A DNA stretch of 64,000 bases from Bacteroidota bacterium. GTDB taxonomy: Bacteria; Bacteroidota; Ignavibacteria; UBA10030; UBA8401. Positions 18,777 through 28,384 of this stretch are shown one piece after another (the stretch's first letter is position 1; every line of letters starts with the position of its first letter). The DNA is taken from the NCBI GenBank assembly GCA_021796215.1, contig JAJYOK010000004.1:30217-94216 (forward strand), read 5' to 3'. The position numbers were made by a program, and so were the translations under genes. A model generated the notes under the pieces. That model did no database searches and had not been told where the DNA came from. It saw nothing but the letters and a program-made list of their open reading frames with translations.

Positions 18777-18849
18777 GTCCCCATCGTCTAGAGGCCTAGG
18801 ACCGGAGCTTTTCAAGCTTCTAACACGAGTTCGAATCTCGTTGGGGACA
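18777..18849 (+). tRNA. tRNA-Glu (anticodon TTC)
   Basis: GTCCCCATCGTCTAGAGGCCTAGGAC... closely matches bacterial tRNA-Glu. The anticodon stem is GGAGC/GCTTC with loop TTTTCAA (TTC). The T arm is ACGAG-TTCGAAT-CTCGT and the acceptor GTCCCCA/TGGGGAC. CCA is not encoded. Confidence 0.85.
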
Positions 18850-18951
18850 CAAACTTAGGTGGTCATCCTAACTAATCGAATTTAAGTGTTCCTCATTTCT
18901 TAAAACTTTCGTCTCAAACTCCGCACGCACTATACCCCTATTACATTCCAT

Positions 18952-20892
18952 TCAACATAATACTTCAAATACAACGATCGGTTTTTCCAAACCTTTGACA
19001 TGAATTGGCTCAAGTTTCTTCGTACGGACAAAGTCTTTGACAAGGAGATACGTCGACTCTGAAATCAGTATTCCCCCGACTGGGGCGTTGGATTCTAGCC
19101 GTTGCGCAAGATTCACATCGGATCCAAGAACGGTGTACTCCATTCTTTGTGTCGAACCTAAGTCACCGACGACTACATAGCCTGTGTTTATTCCGATTCG
19201 AATACGCAGTGGTAATCGTCCGGCGGGTTCCCACTTTGCCCGCAGTTCCGCGCACTTACGTTGCATATCAATTGCAGCCTTGACGCATCGCAGTGCATGA
19301 TCCGACTGAGGCTCTGGTGCGCCGTAAAATACCATCAACCCGTCGCCGATAAATTTATCCACCGTTCCTCCATATTTGAACACTATCTCCGTCATTACGC
19401 CGAAATATTCATTCAATGTTGCGCTAATTTCTTCCGGTGACTTTGTCGAAGAATATGTTGTGAAGCTCTTAATATCGCTGAACATGACGGTTACTTCTTG
19501 CTTATGCGGTTTTGTACTAAGCGTATTCGGATTATCGATCATTTGTTTCACGACAGACGGAGGAAAATATGTCTCAAACTTGGAACGAAGCTTTTCTTTC
19601 TCCTTTTCCTCTGTGATATACCGTGACGCTACAATGGCTGTCACGGCAAAACCGCCTAACATCAACGGACGAACGATCTCGACGATCACCCCCATGTAGA
19701 TAAATAAAAGACTCGCCGTCACCAGGTATATAAAAACAAGCATGACCGATGCAGTCGTAAATTTTACCGAAGAATATTGCATGCTAAATATCGCTATACA
19801 GGTTGCTATGCATATCTCGATTAACGTCATGATAAATTCCGGCACTGATTGCAGAAATTGTCGTGTGAGAATGGTATTTAACACGTTCGAGTGAAGACCA
19901 ACAAGAGGAAAATTATTTTCAAAAGGCGTTGGCCCTGTATCAGAAATACCCGTCGAAACATCTCCCACAAGACCGATGGAACCAGCATATTCATCTTTAT
20001 AGGCTGCAATTTCCTCTCTGTCCTGAGCCACATCTAATAACTGTATGAATCCCACATGACGCATTGCCCCCCAACCGCCGATCCAGTTAATGAGCATATT
20101 TCCATTTTCATCAACGGGTATACTAACGTCTATTTTTTTTCCCGCTTGCATGATGGCATCATGTAAAGTTATCTGCCTTTTAGTGTCAATGCTGATTTTA
20201 TCTGGAGAGACTTTCCAGTAATCGCAAACGAGACGCATTATCATGCTTGGATAATAATCGCCTTTGTATCGAATAAGAAGGGGAACACGTCGATAGACCC
20301 CATCGATATCCGGCCGGACGCTAATAAAGCCGACGCCGCGCGACGCTTTCACAAGATCAGGCCAAGAAAGCAGAGTTGTTCCTGCAAAATAGAAATTATT
20401 CTCCGCGTTTGCTCGAAGCCTCCATGAAGTAGAGTCAAGAAAACTGATTGCCTGTTTTGATTTTGCGAACGGCTTACCGCGAGAATTCTCAAGGCTGAAC
20501 GCCACCGGTAAGTACACTCGATTTGCCTCCCGAACCGAGGCAACCATCAAGCTGTCGTCAACCATGTTGACTTTTTGGGCAAAGAGAATGTCGAATGCTA
20601 TAGCTGAAAATTCCATTTTCGAAAGCACACTTACTACTTGCGCATAATAACGGCGGGGGAAATAATAGCCAAGGCTCTCAATGGTGGAATTGGCAATATC
20701 AATATGAACAATTGAAGAATCGTATGTAGGCGGGTTCACAACGCTACGGATCAAAAATAATCTATCAACAGCTTGAAGGTTCCACGATTCGAAAACACCG
20801 GGGAGAATAAAAAAGAGGGTGCGTATTAGTAAAAAAGAGACAGCCGTTATGAAAGCGGCGCTCTTCAATCTTTGTTTTTTATTTATGGTCAA
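18952..20892 (-). CDS. CHASE2-domain sensor fused to class III adenylate/guanylate cyclase
   Basis: 646 aa. An N-terminal TM helix is followed by a ~300-aa extracytoplasmic region with CHASE2-like features, then 3 TM helices, then a cyclase catalytic domain with the motifs VTVMFSDIKSFT, KFIGDGLMVFYGAP and RIGINTGYVVVGDLGS. Confidence 0.8.
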   Translation of the reverse strand: MTINKKQRLKSAAFITAVSFLLIRTLFFILPGVFESWNLQAVDRLFLIRSVVNPPTYDSSIVHIDIANSTIESLGYYFPRRYYAQVVSVLSKMEFSAIAFDILFAQKVNMVDDSLMVASVREANRVYLPVAFSLENSRGKPFAKSKQAISFLDSTSWRLRANAENNFYFAGTTLLSWPDLVKASRGVGFISVRPDIDGVYRRVPLLIRYKGDYYPSMIMRLVCDYWKVSPDKISIDTKRQITLHDAIMQAGKKIDVSIPVDENGNMLINWIGGWGAMRHVGFIQLLDVAQDREEIAAYKDEYAGSIGLVGDVSTGISDTGPTPFENNFPLVGLHSNVLNTILTRQFLQSVPEFIMTLIEICIATCIAIFSMQYSSVKFTTASVMLVFIYLVTASLLFIYMGVIVEIVRPLMLGGFAVTAIVASRYITEEKEKEKLRSKFETYFPPSVVKQMIDNPNTLSTKPHKQEVTVMFSDIKSFTTYSSTKSPEEISATLNEYFGVMTEIVFKYGGTVDKFIGDGLMVFYGAPEPQSDHALRCVKAAIDMQRKCAELRAKWEPAGRLPLRIRIGINTGYVVVGDLGSTQRMEYTVLGSDVNLAQRLESNAPVGGILISESTYLLVKDFVRTKKLEPIHVKGLEKPIVVFEVLC

Positions 20893-21586
20893 TCGTGATA
20901 GTTTTGCTATAAAAATTGACGGCGGAGATTTCTGTGGCGAGCGTTGCGATGTCGAGGCGTCTCGGATGCATCGTGTCGGTCAGTGTGCCGCGAACATTGC
21001 CCGCAATCACTACCGGTCGCTCAGCAACAGTGGAGAATGTTCTGAACTGCTTCTTCAAATCTTGAATTTCTTTAATGACAACATCCCCGGCTTTTACCTT
21101 CTGGCTATTCTCTGCATGTATGAAATCCTTCAGTTTGTGTTCAAGTGCGATTAAACGTGTAGGAGACGCGAGAATGTAAAATGTTTCTTCTCCGGTAATG
21201 GTATCCAGAGTAAACCAAGCCCGGCCCTTTGGGATATAGTAATTCTCATCAACTGTGAGACCGCTGTCGAACATCTCTAACGAATAGGGAAATACTAAGT
21301 TGAGATCAGTGTTCGAGCTTTTGTGAATAATGTAGACAAACGTTTTCTGTATGACATACACAAACAATTTAATCTCGTCGCCGCTCTTGAGCAAAGTGTC
21401 GCGCGTAACAGCCGAAACACTCTTTTCACCTTGGGCACCGGACCGTGCAGCAAATACCCATTTAAACTTGATGTTTGCCTGGTTCGTCGAATCCTGTGCC
21501 GCACAAAGGGAGAACATGCAAATCACTGCACACGCCGCCCCAATGAATACGCTGACCTTGCGAAATGTCATAGTTCTTCCTTTCAT
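20879..21586 (-). CDS. Secreted DUF4384-like protein
   Basis: 235 aa with a signal peptide (MTFRKVSVFIGAACAVICMFSLCAAQ) and a beta-rich body. It overlaps the cyclase gene by 14 nt and lies 13 nt after the caspase gene. Assignment to DUF4384 rests on size and context recall and needs a profile search. Confidence 0.4.
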   Translation of the reverse strand: MKGRTMTFRKVSVFIGAACAVICMFSLCAAQDSTNQANIKFKWVFAARSGAQGEKSVSAVTRDTLLKSGDEIKLFVYVIQKTFVYIIHKSSNTDLNLVFPYSLEMFDSGLTVDENYYIPKGRAWFTLDTITGEETFYILASPTRLIALEHKLKDFIHAENSQKVKAGDVVIKEIQDLKKQFRTFSTVAERPVVIAGNVRGTLTDTMHPRRLDIATLATEISAVNFYSKTITIDHK

Positions 21587-21599
21587 TCGGGAGGAGTGA

Positions 21600-23975
21600 T
21601 CAGTGCGCTACTAGAGATATTGTCATATCTTTGTCGTAGTTCCCTTGGTTTCTGGTTGGATGCTGGTTTCCGTTCGTTTCTCGTTTCACTTTCTCTTCTA
21701 CATAATCCATTAGTTCTCCAATGGTTACAGTGTAGTCGTTATTGATATCAGCTGCGCCTTTCATCCCTTCTAGCAAAAAATAAGTGAACACACCATGTCC
21801 ATATTTCTCTAATTCCTGCGACACCTCACCTGCCTGGCTTGCTGTAAAGACGATCGTCCCTTCTTTGGCTTTAGAAAGATCAGAAAGATACTGGTTGATG
21901 AGATTTGTCTCGGACAACGACATTCCCCGCGTTGCAAGATCAGAGCTGATACCTCCGCTGTGACACGCATCGGAAAAAACTACAACACGCTTTGAAGGGA
22001 TATAACGAGTGAGTGCAGTGCTCACATCCCACATCGGGAATGCTGTTGTCTCAAGTGAATTAGGATCAGTGTCATAGGCGAGCAGGTAATTGTTGTTGGT
22101 ATTTGCAGGTTCAGATGCACCGTGCCCAGCAAAGTAAATGATCACGAGGTCATTTTCTATCGTTTGACGGAGAAAATTATAGAGCGCCTCCTTGATATTC
22201 CGGAGCGTTGCATCTTTGTTGAGCAAGATTTGCATGTGTGCCGATTCGAATCCTCCACCCGCAGGAGTTTTCAGGAAATCAGCAAATTCCTTAGCATCAC
22301 GATCAGCAAATTTAAGATTTTTAATTTGCGGATTTTGATACTCAGAAATTCCAACAACTACAGCCCACTGCTCCGGCTGGTTCGACGTACGCCTTACAAC
22401 ATCCGGATTTGGTGCAACCGATGCATTCAAGGTACGGCGGGTAATGTCAAATGATTTGGTGATCTTTTCTCCGTTTTTTGCAGACACAGTCAATACCAGT
22501 TGATTAAAGCCCGCGGAAAGAAAAATCTTTTCTTTGCTTTCAGCACCGATTATTCCGCGAACGGAATTTTCTTTATTTATTATTTCAACCGTATTGAGAG
22601 TGACGATATACCTCACATAATCAAACCAGACTCTGAAATCCAAATCGGTGCTTACTTGGTCGGTTTCGAAGACCTCTTTCGGTGAAAGTATTTCAAGCGC
22701 GGCGTCTTTCGAAAAACGTTGAATTTGAATATGGCTGACAGCCGTGTTTCCGCGTTTGTCGGTAGCGGTAACAATGATATTATTCATTCCAATAGTCGGG
22801 AGCTTTACCGTTGCAGAAAACCGTTTCGATTTCAGTTTTCCTGTTGCCCCTGCATCAATCAGTATGAACTTGTCGTTGCCAATCGTTGCCTCCTTCACGT
22901 CGTTTTCATCCGATGCAATACACGCAACATCAATTTGAGGTGCATAAATCTTGAAGACCTCGTTCTCTTTGGTACGAGGGTGCTCGACAACAACTTGAGG
23001 TGGAATCGTATCAGGCTTTTCCGAGAGCACTCGATATGTCTTTACGGCACCATGTACGGTGGTTGCTACCAATACCGGCGACACGGGCGAAAATGCAACA
23101 AGATTAAAAGAATCTGCTGAGTCAGAAATCGTTGTTGCCAGCGTTCTCGTTTTCAGATTCCAACATTGAATAACATTGCTTGCCGTTGCAAGCCACAAAT
23201 TATCGGCGCTATACGAAAGGGAGCTTACAATCCCCGACCGTGACTTCAAATATTGAAGCGGCGTGTAATTTGGAATCCCCCACATGCGAACCGTAGAATC
23301 CGCAAATGCAGCAGCCAAAAATTTTCCGTCCGGACTAAAGCGCAATGTGTTCATTTGCACGAGCGATGAAGTCGAGAACTTTTTTGATACTGTCAAAGTG
23401 GCAATATCTAGGATTTGTATATATCCATCACTTGTCCCTGAAGCAGCATATTTTCCATCAGGCGTAAAGGCGAGAGCCAAAACTTCACCGTCACTTTTCG
23501 GAAATGAACCAATCGCGTTTCCACCTTGCCAGAGTTTTGTTTCGTGGTCCGATCCTCCTGAAATCATTTTTCCGGACATACTGACATCGATAGCCCTCAC
23601 TCCTAACGCTGCAACATGAGCTTCTATCTCCTCTACCTGCGAGGTGTCGGGAATCCCCCAAATCATTATCTTACCATTGGCAGTGCTGGCAATGAGAGAT
23701 GTTCCGCTCGGAGCGAACGCAAGTCCAAATATCCCGCCGCTTTTTGTAGCGAGAGAATATCTTTCGCTGAGTGTGAACGGATCGACAACTTTAATTGTCT
23801 TGCCAGTTCCACTCAGGGCTATGAAGTTCCCCTTAGGGCTAAAGCTAACGGCGTAAAAAGGATATTGTTGAAGCACCGCTTTGCCCACTGGTTCCACATA
23901 AATTTCTTGGGCAAAGATTGAGAACGGAAAGACCAAAAAGAGCAGGTTGCCTATCAAAGACTTGCTAGACCTCAT
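21600..23975 (-). CDS. Secreted WD40-repeat / caspase-like (peptidase C14) fusion protein
   Basis: 791 aa with an N-terminal Sec signal (MRSSKSLIGNLLFLVFPFSIFAQE). A WD40-like propeller region is followed by a C-terminal C14 domain. The His block is ...LVIIYFAGHGAS... and the Cys block is ...VVVFSDACHSGGIS... (caspase catalytic dyad). Confidence 0.8.
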   Translation of the reverse strand: MRSSKSLIGNLLFLVFPFSIFAQEIYVEPVGKAVLQQYPFYAVSFSPKGNFIALSGTGKTIKVVDPFTLSERYSLATKSGGIFGLAFAPSGTSLIASTANGKIMIWGIPDTSQVEEIEAHVAALGVRAIDVSMSGKMISGGSDHETKLWQGGNAIGSFPKSDGEVLALAFTPDGKYAASGTSDGYIQILDIATLTVSKKFSTSSLVQMNTLRFSPDGKFLAAAFADSTVRMWGIPNYTPLQYLKSRSGIVSSLSYSADNLWLATASNVIQCWNLKTRTLATTISDSADSFNLVAFSPVSPVLVATTVHGAVKTYRVLSEKPDTIPPQVVVEHPRTKENEVFKIYAPQIDVACIASDENDVKEATIGNDKFILIDAGATGKLKSKRFSATVKLPTIGMNNIIVTATDKRGNTAVSHIQIQRFSKDAALEILSPKEVFETDQVSTDLDFRVWFDYVRYIVTLNTVEIINKENSVRGIIGAESKEKIFLSAGFNQLVLTVSAKNGEKITKSFDITRRTLNASVAPNPDVVRRTSNQPEQWAVVVGISEYQNPQIKNLKFADRDAKEFADFLKTPAGGGFESAHMQILLNKDATLRNIKEALYNFLRQTIENDLVIIYFAGHGASEPANTNNNYLLAYDTDPNSLETTAFPMWDVSTALTRYIPSKRVVVFSDACHSGGISSDLATRGMSLSETNLINQYLSDLSKAKEGTIVFTASQAGEVSQELEKYGHGVFTYFLLEGMKGAADINNDYTVTIGELMDYVEEKVKRETNGNQHPTRNQGNYDKDMTISLVAH

Positions 23976-24155
23976 GTTGTCCTTTGCTTTGGAGTGAGGT
24001 GACCCACAAACTTTAGCGCGTGATTACGCAAGGAGTATCGTGAAAAATGCCTTCTTTGTCAAGTTCTGAAGTCACATAGAAATTTGAAAGTTGATTGACT
24101 TAAAAGGCATGGTTTTATATATTTTACCTGCTTCTGTTGGATGCCTGTATTGTTT

Positions 24156-24175
24156 TTAACCTTCATAAAGGTTAA
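24156..24175 (+). promoter_or_regulatory. Perfect 8-bp palindrome TTAACCTT-cata-AAGGTTAA covering the SD of the TPR gene
   Basis: The element ends 3 nt before the ATG at 24178. The 3' arm contains the only SD-like AAGG. As RNA it would form an 8-bp hairpin masking the RBS. As DNA it would be a dyad operator. Confidence 0.3.
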
Positions 24176-24177
24176 AA

Positions 24178-26100
24178 TTGATGAAGAAACGTCTACTCAC
24201 AATATTTTTTCTGTACCTCTCCCTATTTACTAATCTCTGGACACAACCGTCTTCTGATCAAGTCAAATTAAAAATTGCAGAAAAATCAGGTTTCTTGGGG
24301 ATGGGGAAGCCGAGATGGATAACTCTTTCACTTTCTACATCAACTAAAGATCGAGACCTTAACAGCGAAAATGTCAACAGTGGTCCTCTTTATTATTTCA
24401 TAATCCAAAACGATGGTGACTGGAAACTTGATGAAGATTTCAAAAACGAAAATCTTCCACGATTGAAGATCATGCAAGACTCATCTGCAACTTCTGTGCA
24501 ATACAGCGACGCGATTATGACCGAAAGTGAAAATAGTTCCCTCCTTGTCGGCTTCCCAAAAACTTTTGCTATTTATAGGCCCTTCTTTTTTACGATTCCC
24601 GTCGGCGACACTGTTTCGAAAATCGAAATGACCGTACCAATGTCACTCTGGCCAGGGTTTTCTCAAATTACGCAATATTATAGGGAGGGCGAGAATGCTT
24701 TCCAGGCTGGTGAATTCAAAACTGCGGTGCTTTCTTTCAATACTATTATCAAAGACTACAATCTTAATATTTTTCCTGCCTATGAAGAATCTAAGCGGAA
24801 GCGGCTCGCTGCTTTTGAACAATTTTATTTGTACACGACCAACTCTTTTTCTAATACCTTGAACAACACTTCTATAGATTTGAACCGGAAAATTGACAGC
24901 GTTGTGGATATCATTTCTCGCTTTCAATATGTAGAAGATTCGCTTCCAGCTCCATCGCTCGGAATTGCAGCAACAGATCCATCTTTGATCCCATTACTCG
25001 ATGAAGCGAAAAGCTCTCTCAATCGTTCTACTTTCGTGCTTGACTCACTTCATGATGCTCTTGACGATTTGAACGTCCGCTGGATTATTACTGGTTCAAC
25101 AGGCGACAAAATGGACTTTCGATATCGGTACATGATCGAAACACTTGCCTACGCTTTCTCCTCTATTCCATTTTTCGATTCGAGTACATCAAAATTAACA
25201 TTTTCCATTTCTGACGACCTATCCGCTCGATTGAAGAAATACAACCTTGATCAATCGTACGAAACGTTTCTTCGCCTAGCAAACAAACGCTGGAAGACAA
25301 AGCAAACATTATTCCCTCCAGATTTCCTAAACAACTTAGAACGCGATTCAAGTCAATTCGCTCTTCCGTTCTTTGATGTTTTAAAAGCAGTTGCCGATTT
25401 CTATAATACCGATTTCGCCGGCAGCACATTATCAATATTTCAGGTCTTCAGAAGATCGTATGACCATGAGCTGGCAGGCAGACTGGATGAACTTCGTATC
25501 CTTATTGAAACGAAGGAGAGAAAAGTCCCGCCTGACGCTTTACAACACTTAAGCGACGGAATAGCTGCTGAACAGCGGGGAGAGACAGATTCAGCGGCAG
25601 AGCATTACAGGGATGCGATGTTAATTGCCGGGGACTATGCCCCCGCAGCGTTTGCGCTGGGTAAACTGTACGAACGGACCGGCGACTCTTACAAGGCGAA
25701 TAATTTTTTCCAAAAAGCAATTTCAACTGATTCTGTGTACTACTCAGCATACCGATTTCTCTATCTCAATTATATAAGAACTGCTAACTTCAAACCGATG
25801 ATAGATCTTCTCTCTGCTGCGATAGCCCACGGAAATGATTTCTTCAATATCCATTATTACCTTGGAATTGCTTATAACGGCGCCGGTCTCTCTGACGAGG
25901 CTGTAAAACAATACGACCGCGCTCTCGAACTTAACCCCAACAGCGTTGATGCAAATATTCAAGAAGGGATTGCATATCAGAACATGAAGTCATATACGAA
26001 AGCCAGGGAATATTACACCAGAGCAATTCAAATTGACCCAGAAAACCAGGCTGCCACTGATAACTTGAAACGTCTTGACGAGCTTCAGAAAAAATTCTAA
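24178..26100 (+). CDS. Secreted protein with C-terminal TPR repeats
   Basis: 640 aa with a signal peptide (MMKKRLLTIFFLYLSLFTNLWTQ). The C-terminal ~170 aa show TPR-like 34-aa periodicity (AEHYRDAMLIAGDYAPAAFALGKLYERTGD...AVKQYDRALELNPNSVDANIQEGIAYQNM...). It is divergent from the caspase operon. Confidence 0.6.
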   Translation: MMKKRLLTIFFLYLSLFTNLWTQPSSDQVKLKIAEKSGFLGMGKPRWITLSLSTSTKDRDLNSENVNSGPLYYFIIQNDGDWKLDEDFKNENLPRLKIMQDSSATSVQYSDAIMTESENSSLLVGFPKTFAIYRPFFFTIPVGDTVSKIEMTVPMSLWPGFSQITQYYREGENAFQAGEFKTAVLSFNTIIKDYNLNIFPAYEESKRKRLAAFEQFYLYTTNSFSNTLNNTSIDLNRKIDSVVDIISRFQYVEDSLPAPSLGIAATDPSLIPLLDEAKSSLNRSTFVLDSLHDALDDLNVRWIITGSTGDKMDFRYRYMIETLAYAFSSIPFFDSSTSKLTFSISDDLSARLKKYNLDQSYETFLRLANKRWKTKQTLFPPDFLNNLERDSSQFALPFFDVLKAVADFYNTDFAGSTLSIFQVFRRSYDHELAGRLDELRILIETKERKVPPDALQHLSDGIAAEQRGETDSAAEHYRDAMLIAGDYAPAAFALGKLYERTGDSYKANNFFQKAISTDSVYYSAYRFLYLNYIRTANFKPMIDLLSAAIAHGNDFFNIHYYLGIAYNGAGLSDEAVKQYDRALELNPNSVDANIQEGIAYQNMKSYTKAREYYTRAIQIDPENQAATDNLKRLDELQKKF

Positions 26101-26124
26101 CTGTTTGCGCAGGCGAATTTTTTA

Positions 26125-27213
26125 TTAATCTACCACCACCGCTTCTCTTACCAACCGAATTCCGAATTTCTCAAACACACGGTTTTCAATTTCCGTAGCA
26201 AGCGCAAGCACGTCGTTCGCAGTACCGCCGCAATTAATAATTGCGAGAGAATGATTTGATGAAATTCCAGCGCCTACTTTGCGATAGCTTTTTGCAAATC
26301 CTGCCTTTTCAACCAACCATGCTGCAGAAATTTTCATCTTCTCTTCAAAAGAAAACACCGGGACCTCAGAGCCATCGCCGATTTTTTTCCACAAATTCCT
26401 AAGCGAGGAATATTGCTTCCTCTCGACAATGGGGTTAAGAAAGAATGAACCTACCGATTTTGAATTCGGATCGTTCGGATCAACGAGCATGGATTTCTTT
26501 TTGCGAAGCGAGAGAACAACCTTGCGCACTGCTTCAAGCGATTCTCTTCCATCGGCAAGAGATGAAAGCGGGACCGCCGCTTCAACGTTTTTTTTAACTT
26601 CGGGATAATGAATTGTCGGACGGCCATTCTTATGCAAGCGAAACGAAACTTCTGTCACGACAAACTTTCCTAAATCCTGAAACTTGAATCGGCTTGTGCG
26701 ATACGAAAATCCACATTCGGCATTCTTCAATATTTTTTCTTGCAGTGTTGCCCGTTCGAGCACTTTTACCTCTTCAATCGTGTCCTTCACTTCCTGCCCG
26801 TACGCACCGACATTTTGGATCGGCGTTCCTCCGGTAAATCCCGGAATTCCTGAAAGACATTCAATCCCGCCAAGTCCTTTTTCAATACACGCGTGCACGA
26901 AAGCGTCCCACACCTCGCCTGCTGCCGCGCGGGCAATCATCCATTCGCCGTCATCGTCAAAATGAATTCCTTTCAAAGCAATTTTCAAAACCACTCCGGA
27001 AAATCCAGCATCCGAAAAAATGATGTTGCTTCCGCCGCCCAGCACTTGCACGGGCAAATGTTCGTGCTTTCCGAATTCCAGTCCTGCGCAGATGTGCTCA
27101 ACGGTTTTGCATTCTAAAAAATATTTAGCGGACCCGCCAAGTCCAATGGTGGTTAGCGGCGCAAGCGGAATGTTTTTTCGGATTGGAAGCTGTTCTGCGG
27201 TTGTCAGCATCAA
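26125..27213 (-). CDS. murB: UDP-N-acetylenolpyruvoylglucosamine reductase MurB
   Basis: 362 aa with an FAD-binding N-terminus (LAPLTTIGLGGSAKYF...VLGGGSNII) and the MurB C-terminal domain. Confidence 0.85.
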   Translation of the reverse strand: MMLTTAEQLPIRKNIPLAPLTTIGLGGSAKYFLECKTVEHICAGLEFGKHEHLPVQVLGGGSNIIFSDAGFSGVVLKIALKGIHFDDDGEWMIARAAAGEVWDAFVHACIEKGLGGIECLSGIPGFTGGTPIQNVGAYGQEVKDTIEEVKVLERATLQEKILKNAECGFSYRTSRFKFQDLGKFVVTEVSFRLHKNGRPTIHYPEVKKNVEAAVPLSSLADGRESLEAVRKVVLSLRKKKSMLVDPNDPNSKSVGSFFLNPIVERKQYSSLRNLWKKIGDGSEVPVFSFEEKMKISAAWLVEKAGFAKSYRKVGAGISSNHSLAIINCGGTANDVLALATEIENRVFEKFGIRLVREAVVVD

Positions 27214-27321
27214 ATAAAATTGTTTATAAAAGTAATAAATGTTTGTTAAGTGTAATCAAAAATTGAGAATGACGCAACCGGTGGCAAGATGTGAGAACAG
27301 AATCAAATTCTGAAACTCAAA

Positions 27322-28311
27322 TCACGTCGAAGATACTGTTGGGGAAGAAGTTGCATTTCCCGTTAGACTCCACGTTTGCCCGATTGTATCGAGCACAATG
27401 TGCTCTGTTGTTACGGCTTTTTTCAGTCTCTCGATCGGCTCGTGCACCGGCTCATCACTTTGAATGAATGTTCCCCAGTGCATCGGAAGAAAATTCCTCG
27501 CACCCATTTGATCTGCCATTGCCAGCGATTGTTCCGGTGTCGCGTGATTGCGAATCCAAGGATTGTACGTCCCGATAGGCATCATCGCAAGTTCGACCGG
27601 TATATTTCTTTCTTTCAATTTTTTGAAGAATTCCTGATACGCCGTATCGCCGCCAAACACAATGGTTTTCCCGTTTTTTGAAACGCGATATGCATTGTAG
27701 CTTCGCCCGTTTCTATTACCGCGCGAGCGATCCTCTTCCCACGGATAACGCCAACCGAAATGTTTCACCTGCAACCCTTCAATTTCCACATCGCCAATCA
27801 TTATTTTTTCTTCCCAATCAAGCTCATAAATTTTTTTGAAGTCCAAGCCGTCGAGCACATCGGCAGTATTTTTTGCGACGATCACCGGCGTATCCAGTGA
27901 AAATCTTTTCAGCGTCGGAAGATCGCAATGATCCATGTGTGCATGGGAAACAAGAATAAGATCAATCGGCGGAAGTTCGTCAAACTTTAACGCGGGTTTG
28001 ACAAGTCGTTTCGGACCGACGGTAACCAATCCGAGAATATTGACACCGACACGCTCGGAGAAAACAGGGTCAGTAATAATGTGCGTTCCAAAAAAATTAA
28101 TAAAGATCGTCGAGTGACCGATCCATGCGGCGGTAATCGTTGCATTGCTCCACGTTTGCGGATTGGGATGAAACGGTGCAGGCGCTGTTTTGTTATCATT
28201 GAAAATATAATTCCACCACGAACGCTTATGATTCTGCTCCTGTGCAATGAGCATACCCGGCGCCGCTATGCTTGCGCCGAGCGCTGCAAGAAATTTCCGG
28301 CGAGTTGTCAT
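27322..28311 (-). CDS. MBL-fold metallo-hydrolase, Tat/Sec-exported
   Basis: 329 aa with a twin-Arg-like signal (MTTRRKFLAALGASIAAPGMLIAQ) and the motifs HSTIFI...THIITDP and VSHAHMDHCD (HxHxDH). Confidence 0.7.
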   Translation of the reverse strand: MTTRRKFLAALGASIAAPGMLIAQEQNHKRSWWNYIFNDNKTAPAPFHPNPQTWSNATITAAWIGHSTIFINFFGTHIITDPVFSERVGVNILGLVTVGPKRLVKPALKFDELPPIDLILVSHAHMDHCDLPTLKRFSLDTPVIVAKNTADVLDGLDFKKIYELDWEEKIMIGDVEIEGLQVKHFGWRYPWEEDRSRGNRNGRSYNAYRVSKNGKTIVFGGDTAYQEFFKKLKERNIPVELAMMPIGTYNPWIRNHATPEQSLAMADQMGARNFLPMHWGTFIQSDEPVHEPIERLKKAVTTEHIVLDTIGQTWSLTGNATSSPTVSST

Positions 28312-28384
28312 TGATGAAAATTAAATTGTGAAATTCCCGAAAGGCATTTTGAATTTTTAACAGCTTTGATAAAAATAAAATTCT

